Position numbers and translations under genes: made by a program | Notes under the pieces: generated by a model | The model's input: only the letters and a program-made list of their open reading frames with translations | Told to the model about the DNA's origin: nothing | Database searches by the model: none | From: Bacillota bacterium | GTDB taxonomy: Bacteria; Bacillota; Clostridia; Lachnospirales; Lachnospiraceae | Length of the DNA stretch: 64,000 nt | Assembly (NCBI GenBank): GCA_023418475.1 | Contig: JAEZZO010000072.1 | Location: 147,630-211,629 of the forward strand | Reading direction: 5' to 3' | Shown here: in pieces, positions 60,304-64,000 of the stretch | Numbering within the stretch: position 1 is the first letter of the stretch | Layout: each line of letters starts with the position of its first letter

Positions 60304-61929
60304 ATGAATAGAAGTAAAATGATATTAACCGCTATATTCCTTTTATCAATATCCTTTTTATGTATGGGAAAACCTGTGAGTGCCTCTGCGGAGGAAGACA
60401 CTAAGATATGTAAAGGTGTATTTATAGACGAAGTTGATGTAAGTGACATGAATGAAGAAGAAGCTGAGACTGCAGTCGGGAATTTTGTTGAAGGATTGAA
60501 AAATAAGGGATTAGCAATAACAGTCGGTGAAAATGTAGTATATGAAAAATTGGGAGATATAGGCTATACAGCTGATCCCAAGGAGAGCATCAGACAAGCA
60601 TTGGATTTCGGAAAATCAGGAAATCTAATAAAAAGATATAAAGACCTAAAGGATATTGAACAGGGAAGCGTAAAGCTGCCTCTTAAGTTTGCTTATGATA
60701 AAAGTAAGATACAGGATATTGTTAAGAAAGAGATCAGTGCATATAATGTTGCACCGGTAAATGCGTCTGTTTCAATGAAAAGCGGTAAGTTGGTTTATAC
60801 GAATCATGAAGTAGGAAACAAAGTTAATGTAAAGGAAACAGCAAAACTGGTTACACAGGCAATTGATAACTGGAACCGGCAGGATATCGTCTTGAATGCG
60901 GTAGTAGATGAAGTTTTACCCAAATATACAAAGGATATCGTAGAACAATGCAACACGGTATTAGGATCTTATACGACGAATTATACCACTTCAGCACAGG
61001 GAAGAGCAGCTAATCTGGCGAATGGAGCCAGACTGATTAATAATGCGGTTATTTATCCGGGTGAGGAATTTAATGCATATGATTATCTGTCCCCTTTTAC
61101 CCAGAAGAACGGATATTTTGTAGCAGGAGCTTATCTTAAGGGTAAGGTAATTGACAGTGTAGGCGGAGGTGCCTGCCAAGTTACAACTACGTTATACAAT
61201 GCTGTTTTATTTGCGGAGCTGGAAGTAACACAAAGACAAAATCATTCGATGGTAATCAGCTATGTTGATTTATCAAGAGATGCGGCAATTGCCGGAACCA
61301 GTAAAAACTTTAAATTTAAAAATAACACGGATGTTCCGATTCTGATACAGGCTATGACGCAGGATAGGAGAATTACCTTTAAAATATGGGGGCATGAGAC
61401 AAGAGATACTAAAACTAGAAAGATAAAATATATTTCTAAGATGATCTCTAAAACGGCTCCTCCCAGGGATGAGGTTACGAAAGATCCTAGTAAACCGACC
61501 ACCTATCATGTAGTAACAACTCCCGCGCATGTCGGATATAAAGCGGAATTGTATAAGGTTATTTATGAAAATGGTGCTGAAGTCAGCAGAACGCTGGTTA
61601 ATAAAAGTAATTATGAAGCAGCAGCACGTTGTATTACCGTAGGAACTAAGGTTGTAAAAGAAGATAAACCGGATGGTGACCAGCCGGATACAACGAATAA
61701 TGATACGGATCAGACGGACAACAGCACGAAAACCAATGACACAGCAAAGCCAAGCGGTACCGCTAAGCCAGGAAAAAGCACAAAGACAGATGATGCAGCG
61801 GATACCGATACGCAGGCCACAGGCGCTAATAATACGTACGATGAGATACAAAGCCAGTCTCTTCCAAAGGATAAAATTATTTATCCTGAGGATCAGATAC
61901 GGGACGATATATGGGATTATACCCGTTAA
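60304..61929 (+). CDS. VanW-family protein (PG-binding, VanW, G5-like, low-complexity tail)
   Basis: Signal peptide; GGGACQVTTTLYNA, RQNHS, DAAI and FKNNT. Confidence 0.9.
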   Translation: MNRSKMILTAIFLLSISFLCMGKPVSASAEEDTKICKGVFIDEVDVSDMNEEEAETAVGNFVEGLKNKGLAITVGENVVYEKLGDIGYTADPKESIRQALDFGKSGNLIKRYKDLKDIEQGSVKLPLKFAYDKSKIQDIVKKEISAYNVAPVNASVSMKSGKLVYTNHEVGNKVNVKETAKLVTQAIDNWNRQDIVLNAVVDEVLPKYTKDIVEQCNTVLGSYTTNYTTSAQGRAANLANGARLINNAVIYPGEEFNAYDYLSPFTQKNGYFVAGAYLKGKVIDSVGGGACQVTTTLYNAVLFAELEVTQRQNHSMVISYVDLSRDAAIAGTSKNFKFKNNTDVPILIQAMTQDRRITFKIWGHETRDTKTRKIKYISKMISKTAPPRDEVTKDPSKPTTYHVVTTPAHVGYKAELYKVIYENGAEVSRTLVNKSNYEAAARCITVGTKVVKEDKPDGDQPDTTNNDTDQTDNSTKTNDTAKPSGTAKPGKSTKTDDAADTDTQATGANNTYDEIQSQSLPKDKIIYPEDQIRDDIWDYTR

Positions 61930-61995
61930 TTTCTTATAATCGGAGTTACAATAAAGTTGTATGCCGCCATGCAGACGGTAGAATTGAGGGAACAA

Positions 61996-62979
61996 ATGAA
62001 GCTTGGGAAGATACCTGAAACAGTCCTGAAACGGTCTGTATTAAATCAAATTGGACATAGACGGGACGAGATACTGGTGGGGCCCGCGGTAGGTGAGGAT
62101 TGTAGTATCCTTGGAATTGCACCGGATGAAGTATTTGTCCTGTCAACAGACCCTATCACAGGCACCGTAAAGGATATTGGGACGTTTGCAGTCAATATAA
62201 CGGCAAATGATATCGCTTCAAACGGTTCTGAAATTATTGGAATCATGCTTACGATTCTTCTTCCGGATGGTACCGCTGAGCAGGAGCTGAAGACTATCAT
62301 GAGAGATATTGAAGCAGAATGTAAAAAGCTTAATATTGAAGTGTTTGGGGGGCACACAGAAGTAACAAAAGCGGTTAATCAACCGCTTGTAACAGTGACC
62401 GGTGTCGGAAAGATGAAACGCAGTAAAATGATAAAAACAGCGGGTGCCAGACCTGGTCAGGAGATCGTTATGACGAAGTGGGCCGGACTGGAAGGAACGG
62501 CAATTATAGCAGCCGCCAGGGAAGAAGAGCTTAAGTCAAAATACCCGATCAGCTTTATTGAAAACGCAAAAAAATTGATAGAGTACATTAGTGTTGTACC
62601 GGATGCGATGGTAGCACGAGCGGTTGGCGTGACATCTATGCATGATGTCACGGAAGGCGGAATATTTGGTGCGCTCTGGGAAATTGGAGTTGCTTCCAAA
62701 GTTGGATTGGAAGTGGATCTAAAGAAGATTCTCCTAAAACAGGAAACGGTGGAAATATGTGAATTCTATAACCTTAATCCATATATGTTAATTTCCAGCG
62801 GATCTATGCTTATGATAACAGATCATGCAAACCAACTGGTCGATAATTTAAAAGCTGCAGGAATCACTGCTGCGGTAATTGGCAAAATAACGGAAGGTAA
62901 TGACCGTATTATAATAAATGAAGAGGAAAGACGTTTTCTGGAGCCGCCAAAGAGTGATGAATTATATCAAGTAATGTGA
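61996..62979 (+). CDS. AIR synthase-related (HypE/ThiL-like) protein
   Basis: GEDC, STDPIT, ANDIA, GGHTEVT and MHDVTEGG. Confidence 0.85.
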   Translation: MKLGKIPETVLKRSVLNQIGHRRDEILVGPAVGEDCSILGIAPDEVFVLSTDPITGTVKDIGTFAVNITANDIASNGSEIIGIMLTILLPDGTAEQELKTIMRDIEAECKKLNIEVFGGHTEVTKAVNQPLVTVTGVGKMKRSKMIKTAGARPGQEIVMTKWAGLEGTAIIAAAREEELKSKYPISFIENAKKLIEYISVVPDAMVARAVGVTSMHDVTEGGIFGALWEIGVASKVGLEVDLKKILLKQETVEICEFYNLNPYMLISSGSMLMITDHANQLVDNLKAAGITAAVIGKITEGNDRIIINEEERRFLEPPKSDELYQVM

Positions 62980-63083
62980 CTCTTGATAGAAAGAGTCGAT
63001 TAATAACCGGGAATATTGACGAAGATAGAAGATGCTTGTCATTCTGGGTATAATTTTATAGGCGCGCAGGAATGGAGGAAAAT

Positions 63084-63566
63084 ATGAGAGAAAAGATTTT
63101 AGCAGCAATTGATAAAAATAGTAAAATATCAGCCGCTGATTTAGCGATCATGTTAGGCTCAACAGAAGAAGAAGTAATGTCAGCAATTAAGCAAATGGAG
63201 GATGAAGCGGTTATCTGCGGATATCCTACTTTAATTAATTGGGATAAAGTACATTGTGAGAGAGTTACGGCGCTGATTGAAGTAAAGGTGACACCACAGC
63301 GGGGATTGGGTTTTGATAAAATAGCGGAACGTATCTACCGGTTTGATGAAGTACAGTCAGTATATCTTATGTCCGGCGGTTTTGACCTGACCGTAATTCT
63401 GGAAGGCAAAACGATGAGAGAAGTAGCCAATTTTGTATCTGACAAGCTTGCTCCGATGGATGCGATATTAAGCACTGCAACACATTTTGTATTAAAAAAA
63501 TATAAGGAACACGGACTGCCACTCGTTCATACCAAACATGATGAAAGGATGCTGATTACACCTTGA
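63084..63566 (+). CDS. Lrp/AsnC family transcriptional regulator
   Basis: N-terminal HTH; VYLMSGGFDL and TATHFVLKKYK. Confidence 0.9.
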   Translation: MREKILAAIDKNSKISAADLAIMLGSTEEEVMSAIKQMEDEAVICGYPTLINWDKVHCERVTALIEVKVTPQRGLGFDKIAERIYRFDEVQSVYLMSGGFDLTVILEGKTMREVANFVSDKLAPMDAILSTATHFVLKKYKEHGLPLVHTKHDERMLITP

Positions 63567-64000
63567 GAAATCCATTATCAAAGATAGTTGTAGATATGCC
63601 CCCTTCCGGAATCCGGAAGTTTTTTGATATTGTAAGCGAAATGAAGGATGCTATTTCGCTAGGCGTTGGAGAACCTGATTTTGATACGCCATGGCATATA
63701 CGTGAGGAAGGTATTTATTCTTTAGAGAAGGGCAGAACATTTTATACCTCTAATGCGGGTTTAAAAGAATTAAAAATAGAAATTTGTAATTATTTACAAA
63801 GAAGATGTGAGCTTGAATATGATTACCAAAGCGAGGTTATGGTTACTGTTGGCGGAAGCGAGGCAATTGATATAGCACTTCGGGCAATGCTGGAGCCTGA
63901 GGATGAGGTATTAATCCCAATGCCCTGTTATGTATCATATCAACCCTGTACGCTGCTGGCGGGTGGAGTTCCGGTAGTAATAGAGCTGAAAGCTGAGAAT
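63563..64000 (+). CDS. Class I/II PLP-dependent aminotransferase (3' truncated)
   Basis: TTG start overlapping the Lrp stop; MRNPLSK...PSGIRKFFD...ISLGVGEPDFDTP...YTSNAG...VGGSEAID; frame open to the window end. Confidence 0.9.
   Translation, partial: MRNPLSKIVVDMPPSGIRKFFDIVSEMKDAISLGVGEPDFDTPWHIREEGIYSLEKGRTFYTSNAGLKELKIEICNYLQRRCELEYDYQSEVMVTVGGSEAIDIALRAMLEPEDEVLIPMPCYVSYQPCTLLAGGVPVVIELKAEN

Noticed and set aside
832..62699. Numerous antisense or alternate-frame ORFs inside well-supported genes (e.g. 12658-13317, 42824-43501, 49499-50020, 61273-61995)
   Set aside because: Shadow ORFs produced by the codon structure of the real genes; no RBS or recognisable motifs.

Overview
64 kb of low-GC, endospore-forming Firmicutes chromosome, most consistent with Lachnospiraceae (inferred from gene content and intergenic style). 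It holds the conserved mfd-prsA ... spoVT-mazG-hup-yabO-yabP-yabQ-divIC-tRNA(Met)-spoIIE-tilS-hpt-ftsH backbone. About 34 kb of housekeeping, sporulation and accessory genes sit between prsA and spoVT: coaB/coaC plus a DmpA/ThnT-like hydrolase, tandem TPP riboswitches with thiC, cwlD-like amidase, sua5-ywlE-rpiB, deoB, dtd, an MCP and two Csp-type subtilases. A 1715-aa secreted protein with a duplicated CBM9-esterase unit lies between tRNA-Met and spoIIE. I found no integrase, transposase, prophage or CRISPR array. The most notable non-annotated signals are: (1) a recurrent 5'UTR element, a short GC hairpin ending in GCA followed by G(G/A)A(A)TGGAG overlapping the RBS, in about ten genes; (2) two families of dispersed palindromic repeats, one of which follows terminators including both TPP riboswitches; (3) a candidate C-rich sRNA after ftsH; (4) a Ser-to-Gly Csp pseudoprotease; (5) a MerR-type promoter and a Spo0A-type promoter; (6) an unannotated 35-aa membrane peptide. 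All product calls come from motif recognition by eye; no database searches were run.
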